A DNA stretch of 64,000 nt. Source: Pseudogymnoascus verrucosus (Eukaryota). The number at the start of each line of letters is the position of its first letter. Position 1 is the first letter of the stretch. Made by a program: the position numbers and the translations under genes. The DNA lies in the NCBI GenBank assembly GCA_001662655.1, contig KV460252.1. One strand, written 5' to 3'. The notes below the pieces were generated by a model that saw only the letters and a program-made list of their open reading frames with translations, was not told the DNA's origin and searched no databases. Positions 1-11,402 of this stretch are shown here, in pieces.

Positions 1-673
1 TCTTCCAAATATCATCCGCTGCCCCTTCCTCCCTACTGTCCGTATATTCCTTCTCTAATCTCTCCATCCACGCCTCCTGTGCCTTCTTCACGCCCGCTTC
101 ATCCTCACACGCAGCGTAGCGCTTCAGAATACTGCTATTAATTTCCAAGAACGCGCTACCATAGCTAAATGGCGCCAATATCTCCTCTGCCCACTCAGGA
201 TGTCCACAGATATAAAACGCTGCCGCTAGGGCCTCCACGCAGTTTAGGCGCCATGGCTTTCCGTAGTTCACCGAGTTCGCCGCCACAAGATATGGTAGCA
301 GACGCTCGCACTTCCCGCCGATGCGCGCCCACGGCACTTCACTCGTGCGCGCCCATGAGCACTCTACCACCGCTGCGCCGTAGGCCTCCATTATCTCGCG
401 GTCTGCGGGGGAGACGGTCGCCTTGCCGTTGGGGGTGATGATGACGCCGGAATGCTTCTGGCCGATCGCGAGCTCGCGCATCAGGCCTTGCTTCATAAGT
501 TTGCGGCCAGAGCAGCGCTTCGGATCGCAGTGACCGAGATCCCAACATGCGGCGCGGAAAGAGGGGCGGGCGTGGGGGACTTCGGAATCGTCATCTCTGG
601 GGCCGCGTTGGCGGGGGGCGTTGGCGTATTTCTTGCCTTTGGGGCCGAAGCCGTCCTTCTTGTGGCGAACCAT
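1..673 (-). CDS. TSR3: 18S rRNA aminocarboxypropyltransferase Tsr3 (3' end runs off the window)
   Basis: Manual translation from ATG 673 gives MVRHKKDGFGPKGKKY...ACWDLGHCDPKRCSGRKL...VVECSWAR...ERLLPYLVAANSVNYGKPWRLNCVEALAAA, the Tsr3 signature motifs. It is absent from the ORF track because there is no stop inside the window. Confidence 0.93.
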   Translation of the reverse strand, partial: MVRHKKDGFGPKGKKYANAPRQRGPRDDDSEVPHARPSFRAACWDLGHCDPKRCSGRKLMKQGLMRELAIGQKHSGVIITPNGKATVSPADREIMEAYGAAVVECSWARTSEVPWARIGGKCERLLPYLVAANSVNYGKPWRLNCVEALAAAFYICGHPEWAEEILAPFSYGSAFLEINSSILKRYAACEDEAGVKKAQEAWMERLEKEYTDSREEGAADDIWK

Positions 674-1029
674 AGCCGGAGAAATAAATTAGGTATTTGT
701 AGTATTTGATTTCTGAGATCGTTGCGGGATATAAAGCGTAAATGTGGCCTGCTTCGTCTTTTGTGAGTCGTATGTGTGGTTTGGGGGAGGTTGATATGCT
801 GCCCCGCCAAATTCTACAATCACGATAATAACATTGTGCCGCTCCACACCGCCCAGTGCCTTCCCCCCGACCCTCCGACATGGCCGCGCAGTGCCAAGCT
901 ATATCTAGGTGGAGTATCGACATCACCACACCACATCATAGCTCCAGCTTCCTTCTATTGCCCAATTTCTTTGCATGCCCTCTCCCCGAACTAGCTCACA
1001 CCGGGCTTCATAACCACCCAAACCCGCCC

Positions 1030-3118
1030 ATGGAAGCTGCCTCAGCGCGTATGGCTGCGCGCGACCGCTTCTCACAAGCCGGCGACTCGGGTCCCACCCC
1101 GCTCCAGCGCTTCATCCAGCAAGCCTGCTCGCCCGAGTACTTTGAGCCGAACCTGTCGCTCAATCTCGAGATCGCGGACCTCATAAACTCCAAGAAGGGT
1201 AATGCGCCGCGCGAGGCCGCCGTTGCGATCGTCAACTATATCAACCACCGGAACCCCAACGTGGCCTTGCTGGCGCTCAGCCTCCTCGACATCTGCGTGA
1301 AGAACTGCGGATACCCGTTCCAGCTGCAGGTCGGCACGAAGGAATTTCTCAATGAGCTTGTTAGGAGGTTCCCGGAGAGGCCGCCGGTGAGGGCCACGAG
1401 GGTCCAGTTGAGGATTTTGGAGGCGATTGAGGAGTGGAAGAGCACTATTTGCCAGACAAGTCGGTATAAAGAGGACTTGGGGTTCATACGGGATATGCAT
1501 AGGCTGCTCAGTTATAAGGGCTATACGTTTCCGCAGGTTAGGAGGGAGGATGCCGCCGTATTGAATCCGAGTGATGTAAGTGCTTTGGTTCCTTGTTGTT
1601 TAGTTCCCAACAGCTGGCGGAAACTGACACGTAATAGAACCTCAAGTCGGCAGAGGAGATGGAGGAGGAAGAGAGGTCTGCGCAATCGGCAAAGCTGCAG
1701 GAGCTGATCCGGAGAAGTGGGCCGGAAGATTTGCAGGAGGCGAATCGGTTGATGAAGATAATGGCTGGATATGATACCCGATCGAAAACTGATTATAGAG
1801 CGAAGGCAGCTGAGGAGGTGGGCAAAATTCAACAAAAGGCGAGGCTGCTAGAGGAGCGGCTTGAGGCTTTCCAACCCGGAGAGACAATGACCGAAGGTGA
1901 TGTGTACGAGGAGCTTGCCGCATCACTGCAAAGTGCCCACCCCAAAATACAGAAGATGTGCGAGGAAGAGTCGGATGACCATGAAGCCGTGGCGAAACTC
2001 TTCGAGATCAATGATAGCATAAATCGCACGGTCGAGCGGTATAAGCTAATGAAGAAGGGCGATATTGAGGCGGCATCGAAAATCGCTAAAGGGACTCTGG
2101 GAACAACTACTGGGGTGGCAAAAAACGCTGCGAATGAGCTCTCATTAATCGACTTTGATGCCGATGGAGAGGGTGTGGGGGAAGCTTCTTCAAGTGCGCC
2201 ACCGTCAAAGCCAGGTGGACTCGAAGACGACCTTCTTGGGTTATCAATGGGTGAAAGTACTATTAGCGACGCTCCCTTTGGACAGTCTGGTGCAATTGGA
2301 CTTGGTTTTGGTGCAAACACAAGTATGTCATTTGGCCACACCCTATATGGCAAAGCTAACATATTTAGACATCCCTGGGCCATCATTGATATCCTCAACC
2401 ACGCAAAACAACAGTGCGCGAGCTCCGACTCCTGCGGCGTCAACACCATCCCCAGCATTGACACAGCCAAATTATGCCGGATTCCAGCCGCCTGCACACC
2501 AACGACCCTCTGATCCATTTGCAGCTCTGACTCAACCACTCAGACAGTCAACGCCACAACTTACTTCCAATACTCCTTCCATGTTTGACTTCCGTTCCAA
2601 TACATCTACTCCAAATCCAAGCGCCACAAATCCGCCAGTGTCCACAGATGATGATGAATGGGAGTTTGAATCTGCACTACCAAAAAACAATGGGTTGCCA
2701 TCGTCGAATGTGATCACTTTGACCGACTCTGTTATAAATATCACAGCTGAAGCAAGTCGTAAATCGAATTCAGATACGGCTATCACGATATCTCTGAAGT
2801 ATTCCAACAAGACCCCCATGCCAGTCTCAGATCTCGAACTCAAAGTAGCAGTGCCGAAGGTATGCTCTCCACGCTCATGTTATCCAGTACCTCACTAACT
2901 AGATACAGAAATTGCAGGGAATTTCACTCAAATGGGAAACTCTGACAGGGACAACTCTGCAGCCACTTCAGAAAGACGGAATCTCACAAGTGGTACATCT
3001 CAATGGCGTAGCACTTGGACAAGGAAACAATGTTAAACTGCGGTGGCAGCTATTGTACAAGCTTGGTGGCGACTCTAAGCAAGAACAGGGCGAGATACCA
3101 ACTCTTGGTGTTGCCTAA
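1030..3118 (+). CDS. GGA2: GGA clathrin adaptor (VHS-GAT-GAE), 4 exons
   Basis: VHS domain (EPNLSLNLEIADLINSKKGNAPREAA...CVKNCGYPFQLQ), GAT domain (AKLQELIRRSGPEDLQEANRLMK), clathrin-box-like LIDFD and C-terminal ear domain. GT-AG introns at about 1576-1638, 2323-2368 and 2859-2917 join ORFs 856, 1659, 2155 and 2912. Confidence 0.92.
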
Positions 3119-3319
3119 AAAGCTGATATTATAGTAGGGGTAGGGAAAGCGTTTTAGACTTGAATCTATGTAGCGGCATTGCCAGCGTCTTGATTTTCAA
3201 GAACATAACCATGTCCCAACTGCAGTTTGTGAGGTGTCCATATGTACCATCGTTAATTACCCAAATACTGGGTACTCTATGCGAATATATATTCTATGTT
3301 GTCTAATATCATAATCCCA

Positions 3320-4369
3320 TTATGCCAAATCCATGCCAGGCATCCCTTGCATTCCACCCACCCTCTCCCAGAATGCCTCGAAGTCTACTCCCTCCCTTTC
3401 AAACAATTCGTTCGCCTTTTTCATTGTTTCCTGTTGCCTCTCGGCGGTAAACCCACCTTCCCTCGCACTCTCATACTGTACAAGCTCAATCCAGCGGAAG
3501 AACAAACTCTCTTTTCCCATCAATGTTAGCTCATCCTTAAATAGTACAATCTTCTTTCGCGCCTCTTCTTCCTTGTTGCTACCCTGCACGTTCTCATCCC
3601 AGGTCACCCATCCATAAGCTGGGCTATGCACCAAGGCCTGTGTCTTGAAATCTGGTAGCACAGCATCCTTGGCATCTATCATCTCCGTAGCATATATCAT
3701 GAGCTTCCAATCCAAATCCCACTTCGCATTTAGAAGCATGTATCCAGTCTTTTCGTGCATGGCCGTCACGCTCGTTGCGCGTCTGACCTCTTCATCAAAC
3801 AGCTTTCTTGCCGGTTCCTCCGTTTCTAGTACAATGTCGACACTGGGAATTATCGCTTCGACGTCCCAAGCCTTTGATCTTCGGACTATGACCTCGCTAT
3901 TCCGGAAACCGATGTTGGTTCGCCATAGGACCGGCGATCCGTTATTCGTGCCCACAAGAAATTCGCGCGGCCATGTGAGTAAGAAGTAGTGGAAGTAATC
4001 AATCAAAAAACCGAGGAACCGGTTTAATATGGACGAGAGTGTGAGAGGCGCGGTGGTGTCGTGCCTGGCGAAGGAGGTCGCGAGTGAGATGTAGAGAGGT
4101 AGCGTGTAGCTGATCCGCCACGCGATAAGGGCAATTATGGCTAGGTTCGTGAGGACGGGTACGGCGAAAACTTTCTTTTTGAATGGTTGAGGGGACGCAT
4201 CGAGGGAGAGTATATAGATGTGCTTCTGGGAAAGCTGGGATAGTAGAGGTTCGAGTTGAGGGGGTGGGAGGGAGAATGGCGATGGGGGCGTTGAAGAGCG
4301 CGGCTTCTTGGGGGTGGAAGACGACTTGAATAATGCCTTTGAAGGCTTGCCTTTGGATTTCGGCGGCAT
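3320..4369 (-). CDS. Hypothetical membrane protein, 349 aa, two hydrophobic segments
   Basis: Long single-exon ORF with a basic, Pro-rich N-terminus, TM-like segments (FAVPVLTNLAIIALIAW; FLGFLIDYFHYFLL) and an ordered C-terminal domain (LFFRWIELVQYE). Function not recognised. Confidence 0.8.
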   Translation of the reverse strand: MPPKSKGKPSKALFKSSSTPKKPRSSTPPSPFSLPPPQLEPLLSQLSQKHIYILSLDASPQPFKKKVFAVPVLTNLAIIALIAWRISYTLPLYISLATSFARHDTTAPLTLSSILNRFLGFLIDYFHYFLLTWPREFLVGTNNGSPVLWRTNIGFRNSEVIVRRSKAWDVEAIIPSVDIVLETEEPARKLFDEEVRRATSVTAMHEKTGYMLLNAKWDLDWKLMIYATEMIDAKDAVLPDFKTQALVHSPAYGWVTWDENVQGSNKEEEARKKIVLFKDELTLMGKESLFFRWIELVQYESAREGGFTAERQQETMKKANELFEREGVDFEAFWERVGGMQGMPGMDLA

Positions 4370-4557
4370 TGCGAGGATGATAAGTGATTCAATTGTTTAT
4401 AATTCAAGACCTAAATCAGTGTTCGAGTGGGTGGCGATGCCGTCAGCGGCTGTCACCGGAACATTTCCGCGCCGACTTTGGTTGGACCTGGATGTGCCAT
4501 AATAAATTTTGGGAATCAACGTCGCTTTCAGACGCTGAACTCCGACGTATCGCAAAA

Positions 4558-7500
4558 ATGAGAGTCGGAAGGATATGGGGCGTAAGTTTACGTATTTAAA
4601 GCGTGATATAGTCAATGCTGATGCTTAATAGGAATCCCCTCGCTCTTCGATTTGCGCGTTTTGCGCCCATGGGCTGGGACCAGCCAGGGCACCGTCACAT
4701 ACCGCACGACGCTTCCTACAAACATCGAACTCGAAACTGAATTCATCGGCGGCTGCGGAAGCGCGCCAATCTCAGGGTTCTGATGATAGGCCACAGCTGC
4801 CCACGTCTCAATCCGCAGGAGCAGCCTTCTCAACAGGGGGGGGGTTCGGTCGGCCTGCGTTCGGCAGCCGGCCAGCATTTGGAAACACAGGCGGCGGCGG
4901 GGGTGGCGCGGTTGCCGGATCTGGACGTCCTGCATTTGGCTCGGGGCAGATTGAGTTGACTGAGGATGAAAAGAGGTTGAGGGATGCGCTGAAGACACAA
5001 GGAGAGGCTGAGGCGCAAACCCAAGCCCAGTCCAAACCGTCAAAAATACGAAGACCACTCAAGATATACGGTGGGGCTGGTCCTGAAGCATCAAGGGCAG
5101 GGCGCCCAGAGCCCCTCGATCGTGTACAGAATGCGACAGTTATGGCGAAGGAGGCACGACTGGAAAGGGCGAGGCAAATGAGTGCTGGGAGGCGAAAACG
5201 TAATGAGGCTTTACCTAAAGATACCGCAGATGGTACACCACGGTCCTGGAACCAGCTGAACAGGCGTGTTTTAACCCAAGGTGAAGGCTCCGATAACATC
5301 CCCAAAGCCGGATTACAGGATGGCGATCACCACGAGTCAAGGGGATATACGTCGCCCTCTGCAAGAAACCCATATACGCGCCAACAGCAGCAACCCGAAT
5401 TTTCTTCCCACAGGCAAATCTCTATAAATAAGTCGTCCTCAGACGCGTCTACACCAGGACCTGCACCGGAACCCCAGTTGACTACTTGGCGAGCTGCACC
5501 CCAGAAGGTCGAACCTGAGCTTAGCCCGGCGGTGCTAAGGTTACGACAAGAGGAGATAGAAAGAGCAGCGGAACTAGAGCAACGGCAGAAACTACGTGAG
5601 CAACGCCCACTACAGCGCTCGGCCGAACACTCGGCGTCGTCCTCCCGTGAAAGCGAAAACCTAGGCTTCAAGGGCCGTGGTAAAGACAAGAAGAAAGATC
5701 GCCGAAGAGAAGAATTTGCCACAGAAGAGGACGACCACGTAAACGCTGTCGTCGATCGAAAGGGAGAACTAAAGAAGGAAAGGAAAGCGGCGAAGGCGGC
5801 GAAGAAGGCTGCTGCGCCTACCCCGGTGCTATTGCCGGAATATATCAGCGTTGCGAATCTGGCCACGGTGCTTAAGGTTCGCTTGGAACATTTCGTCGAG
5901 AAGATGGAGGAGTTGGGCTTTGAGGAGACGGGAACAGATTACGTTCTCAATGGCGAAACTGCTGGACTCATCGCCCAAGAGTATAACTTTGAGCCGCTCA
6001 TTGACCGCAGCGAGTCGGAAGACTTGAAGGCTAGACCAGCTGCTGAAGATCCGTCAATTTTCCCTCAAAGAGCCCCTGTCGTGACGATTATGGGACATGT
6101 TGATCATGGGAAGACTACGATCCTAGATTACCTGCGAAAATCGTCAGTTGCGGCAGGTGAAGCAGGAGGTATCACTCAGCATATTGGAGCCTTTTCAGTG
6201 CCTATGCCATCCGGAAAGGTCATCACATTTTTAGATACCCCAGGTCACGCGGCATTCCTCAATATGAGACAGCGAGGTGCAAACGTCACAGATATTGTCG
6301 TCCTCGTCGTTGCAGCTGACGACAGTGTCAAACCCCAGACGATTGAGGCCATTAACCACGCCAAGGGCGCTCGCGTCCCCATAATCGTCGCCATTAACAA
6401 GATAGACAAGGAAGATACCAACATAGATCGCGTGAAGCAGGATCTCGCTCGTCACGGCGTGGATATTGAAGATTATGGAGGCGATACCCAGGTTGTATGC
6501 GTGAGCGGGAAAACGGGACAGGGCATGGATGAGCTTGAAGAAGCTGCCCTCACTCTCTCAGATGTCCTCGATATGCGGGCCGACACTAAAGGTGCAGCTG
6601 AAGGCTGGGTCCTAGAAGCTAGCATCAAATCAATGGGCAAGGTTGCCACGGTTCTGGTCCGGTGCGGCACCATGCGCCCGGGCGACTTCATCGTCGCAGG
6701 CAAGACCTGGGCACGCATCAGGTGCATGCGCAATGAAGCGGGGATTGAGATTACAGAAGCTGGTCCGGGAACCCCAGTCGAGATTGACGGGTGGAAAGAG
6801 CAGCCGCTTGCTGGTGACGAGGTTCTCCAGGCACCTACGGAACAGAAAGCAAAGAACGTGGTGGATTACCGAGTTGAGAAGGAGGAGCGCGATCGCTTGG
6901 CAGAGGATATGGAGGCTATTAATGAAGACCGCAAGATTACGCATGAGAAGAGAACGAAGGAGAAATTGGAACTAGAAGCCTCGAAGAAGCGCACCGCTGA
7001 AGAGAATGCCGAGCATGATGCCCTAGAGGAGGTTGATAAGGAAGAGCATGGGCCAAAGCAGGTCTATTTCATCCTTAAAGGCGACGTCTCTGGATCCGTG
7101 GAAGCGGTTACTGACAGCATCGCTGCGATCGGCAGCAGCGAGATCCGGCCGGTAATACTGCGTTCGGGTGTTGGCAACCTCTCCGAGTTCGACGTTGAGC
7201 ACGCGGCGGTTGCAAAGGGATTTTTGATCTCGTTCAACAATACCATTGACCCTATGATCCAAAAGAAGGCCGATGCGGCGAAGGTCAAAATTCTAGACCA
7301 CAACATTATATACCGACTTGTGGACGACGTGAAGGGAACGTTATCGGAGTTCTTGCCTCCGATTGTAAGCCATAAGGTCTTGGGAGAGGCCGAGGTTGCG
7401 CAAGTGTTTAATATTACGATTAAAGGGCGCAAACAGAAGCCGATTGCAGGGTGCAAGGTACGCAATGGAGTTATAGGACGGAACACCAAGGTACGGGTGT

Positions 7501-7739
7501 TCAGACACGGCAAAAAGGTCTTTGATGGTGAGTTGATATACCCGGCTTCTTTATTTTCTATCCAGCGGGAACACTAACGAAATGCAGGTGACCTTGAGAG
7601 TTTGAAGAATGTCAAGAAGGACGTCGCCGAAGCTAGAAAGGGTGGGGAGTGCGGTATGGGCTTCGAGGGCTGGGATGAGTTCGAGGTTGGTGACCAGGTT
7701 CAGTGCTATGAGGTAAAGGAGGAGAAGAGGTTTTTGTAG
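4558..7739 (+). CDS. IFM1: Mitochondrial translation initiation factor IF-2
   Basis: GTPase motifs [31 protein letters not shown] and C-terminal GGECGMGF. Predicted first exon 4558-4581 (MRVGRIWG) and intron 4582-4631 give an Arg-rich presequence-like N-terminus. Last intron about 7529-7587. Confidence 0.93.
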
Positions 7740-8014
7740 TATAAGAGGATGCTGTACGATGCGCTGTAACAGATGGAGTCGCTATAATTTGTGCAAGTAG
7801 AAACGAAACGATAGGCACGGGGTAGATTTGGAAGACAATCCACAGCATAAGGGCACGGGAGGAGTTTGGGAAACATACTGTACATATAGATATAGACTGA
7901 GATAATTCTCCGCTACCAAAAGAGACCATTTCCAAGAGCCAATGGAAAATTCCAACCCAGCTGCCGTTCCCACCCTATTTGCCCGCCCTGGGGATCGCAT
8001 ATCCATTCATGTCC

Positions 8015-8530
8015 CTAGCTTGTTCTCGGCGGCCCCCAAATACCACAAAACTCATTCAAAGCCTCCCTAATCCCGGCATCCCTCTCCCGCTCTTTAGCAC
8101 TCTTTTGGTCTATCGCCACGGCCAGTGCAATTTTCATTCCGTCAACCTCGATGTCCGATGCTATGTAGTCCCTTATCTGCAGTATTCTACTCTCTAGCTC
8201 CGCGACAGGGTTCACGTGCGTTGGCGGCGGGAACTCTGCAAAGTAGGCGGCCCTTTCGGCATTGACCTTATCGCATTGAAAGCAACGGGGGACTGAGCGG
8301 TCAACTGAACTGGGAGAGACCGAAGGGAACACATATTCCAGGGTTTCGATTGACGGAGGAAGATAGAGTGTGTCGGAGCATCTTGGGCATCTGCTTGAGG
8401 TTGAGGCGAGGGGAATGGATGATAGAGATGCAGAGGATGAGGAGCTTGATGAGCCCTCTGGAGGTTGCAGTTGGCCGATAGACATGCTGGGTAGATACTC
8501 TTCGGGAAATGAGTACCGTATATGCCACAT
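8015..8530 (-). CDS. Hypothetical 171-aa protein with two CxxC motifs and a helical C-terminus
   Basis: Single ORF with RCPRCSD...RCFQCDK followed by a predicted helical region (VAELESRILQIRDY). No family recognised. Confidence 0.55.
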   Translation of the reverse strand: MWHIRYSFPEEYLPSMSIGQLQPPEGSSSSSSSASLSSIPLASTSSRCPRCSDTLYLPPSIETLEYVFPSVSPSSVDRSVPRCFQCDKVNAERAAYFAEFPPPTHVNPVAELESRILQIRDYIASDIEVDGMKIALAVAIDQKSAKERERDAGIREALNEFCGIWGPPRTS

Positions 8531-9802
8531 AGGGACGAGAAGGGGGTTGTTTGACGAAAGGAAAGGGCGATAATTTATAGAAACTACAGATTATCGAACA
8601 ATAGAGATACAACAAAGAGGTTCCAACGAGGCGGAGTGAATCGAATAATTGTAAATGGGTCACTAGGGGGATCTTTTGTCAAACAAAAGGCCATCGTCCA
8701 ACAAAGGGATACAGGCAAACAAAAGAAGCCCCAACTTGGACAACTTCTGTTGACTGGTACTTCCTTCCCTGCCGATGTTGGTAATTGCTAGCCACCTGGG
8801 CAGCCAAGTTTGTCCCGTAGTTCTTGCCTCAAACTATATAACTTGCCTTTTTGCTGAGTTTATTCATACTGCCTTTCGTTTATGAAGTAGTCAGCGTTGT
8901 CTGACGCTGACTGTATTGGTTGTCAGTGGTCAAGAAGCCCAGCTGAAGAACCCCCATCAGACATAAAGAAGTCACGGTCTTACCCTCTGCATCTCACTCA
9001 GATGGTAAATAAAGATCGAAACAAGAAATACTTTCTCCCTTCATGTCTGTCTAGGGTGTTCGACTAACGTTCCAACAACGGGGGCGCCGGCCACTCGACC
9101 CAAAGTATCAGGTCGGAATGTCTACACTGCCCAGCAGCGACTTTGTTCCCACAAAGCCTAACAACATATCGACAACATCTTTACATCACCCATGCTGTGT
9201 TTTACCTTGAGATAGAGGTCATATTCCCACGCGATGTTGGTAGATACGTGCAGTACATTGTCGTCTAATCCTTGTATTATTCGACCCATCCTGGACAGAG
9301 TTAATGAGGCCTCTTTTCGCTGTTGGGGATAGATAAAGTACCAAGGTTGCCAACACTCATTATATACTACATGAATAGCCCAAAGCCATCTCTGGTCGAT
9401 GTTGTCCTGGCAGGGTCAATAGGCGCTGACGCCTCCGGCCACCAACAATAGTAGTCGGTTCCCAGCTCTGTTGCCAGAATTTGAGAAGAACGAGAAGTAT
9501 TTTGACTCAAGCCCGGTATAGCAAAACATCATAGAGGCGTTGTTTCAGTTTGTATTTGAACCGCGCGCGAGCATAACCCCATGGTGGGCTTCAAACATTC
9601 AAACAACCAACCATGAGGTCTGTCTGATAACTGGCGAGGCTGAGGCGAGGCTGAGTCGTCCTCCCTCTCCAAGCGCTCAACTACCCCTCAAAACACAAGT
9701 CTAACTGTATCTGATTAGCGCATCTCTAGTAAGTTATCAGATTCGATCATGGCCCCATGGGCAAACGCTGAAGGCGGTCTGAAGGCGGTCTGTCGTCTTA
9801 GT

Positions 9803-9846
9803 CGCGCGCCTGGTCTCAAACGCGGTTTCTTCGCCAACGAACGCGT
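9803..9846. promoter_or_regulatory. Clustered CGCG / MCB-like (ACGCGT) elements upstream of ASF1
   Basis: CGCGCG at about 9803, ACGCGG at about 9820 and ACGCGT at 9841-9846, within 180 bp of the ASF1 ATG. MCB elements are known G1/S elements in ascomycetes. Confidence 0.4.
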
Positions 9847-9975
9847 TCGATCTCACACTTTCCCACCCACATCAACCTAAGACACCAATATCAAACTCTG
9901 TTGCACTCATAACTCATCTTCTGCATCCGCAACTTCGTACAAGCCGTACATTTGTACAGCCAGCCGTTCAATACG

Positions 9976-10998
9976 ATGTCTGTGGTTTCATTGCTCGGCG
10001 TTAATGTTCTCAACAACCCCGCCAAATTCGGCGATTCGTATGAGTTCGAGATCACTTTCGAGTGTTTGGAGCAACTCCAGAAGGGTTGGTCTCTCCTATC
10101 CATCAGATACATGCAAAATCAGACGATTTTATTCAGCAAACCCTCACTAACAGTCCACAGACCTAGAATGGAAGCTCACCTACGTCGGTTCAGCCACCTC
10201 GTGCGTTAACCCTTCCCAACTCCACCCTTCGGCCACTAACGTCCTCAGTGACGAGCACGACCAAGAACTCGACTCCCTCCTCGTTGGCCCTATCCCCGTC
10301 GGCGTCAACAAGTTCATCTTCGAAGCCGACCCACCGGACACCAAGCGCATCCCCGACGCTGAGATCCTTGGCGTCACCGTCATCCTCCTCACCTGCGCCT
10401 ACGATGGCCGCGAGTTCGTCCGCGTCGGATACTACGTCAACAACGAATACGACTCCGACGAGCTCAACGCTGACCCGCCCGCGAAGCCACTCCTCGACCG
10501 CGTCCGCAGGAACGTGCTCGCTGAGAAGCCCCGCGTTACTCGCTTTGCAATTAAATGGTTTGTGTACACGTCTCGACGCGTTCGAAACAACAAGCTAACT
10601 AGTGTTGTAGGGACTCGGAGGAATCCGCACCTGCTGAATTCCCACCTGAGCAGCCAGAGGCCGACTTGGTAGCCGATGGTGAGGAGTACGGCGCCGAGGA
10701 GGCTGAGGACGAAGAGGAGGAGGAGGAGGCTGCCGAGAGAGCTGGTGAGGCTAACGGCGCTGCCGAAGGCGATGATGAGGCTATGGCTGGCGTTGAGGGC
10801 GTCGCCCCAGCTGAAGAGGAAGATGATGAGGGAAGCGAGGATCTCGAGGGCGAGAGCAGCGGCAGCGAGGCTGAGGAGGAGGAGGAGGAAGAGGGTGAGG
10901 GTGAGGGCGAGGCTGATGATGGCATGGAAGTTGACGAGCCTGAGAAGGCTGCCAACGGCACCAAGGTGGCTGTGTCTGACGCCGTCATGTCCCATTAG
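9976..10998 (+). CDS. ASF1: Histone H3-H4 chaperone Asf1, 4 exons, acidic tail
   Basis: [91 protein letters not shown], then a Glu-rich tail. Confidence 0.97.
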
Positions 10999-11402
10999 TG
11001 GAGAAGTTACGATACCCCCCTACGCCGTTTACTGGATGAAAGGATGTCATAACTTCTTTAGGGAATCTTGTTCTTTAGATGGGTTCGGATTTACCGCTTG
11101 GAGTATTTCAGCGTAGAGTCTTTAGTTGATGTTCTGAGCACAATTCATCATTCTAAATGTGCTTACTTTACGTGATATTGTGCATGTTCTATTCAGGTCT
11201 ACATTCAAGTTTCATCACCAAGTAAAAGTATAATATAAGTTCAACGTCTGACAAGTTGGCTCCAATGTCATTTTTATTCATAAAATCATTCCCTTAAGGG
11301 CACAGTCAACGCTGGAATCCGCGCAACAATTTTCAGGTTGAGACATGCTCAACTAGTCCCCTGCCAGTCCCCCACTGGCCCCTAGTCCCACAGTCCCTGC
11401 TT

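Noticed and set aside
8889..8912. AGTCAGCGT-N6-ACGCTGACT inverted repeat
   Set aside because: A 9-bp stem alone is near chance level in 64 kb and has no ncRNA context.
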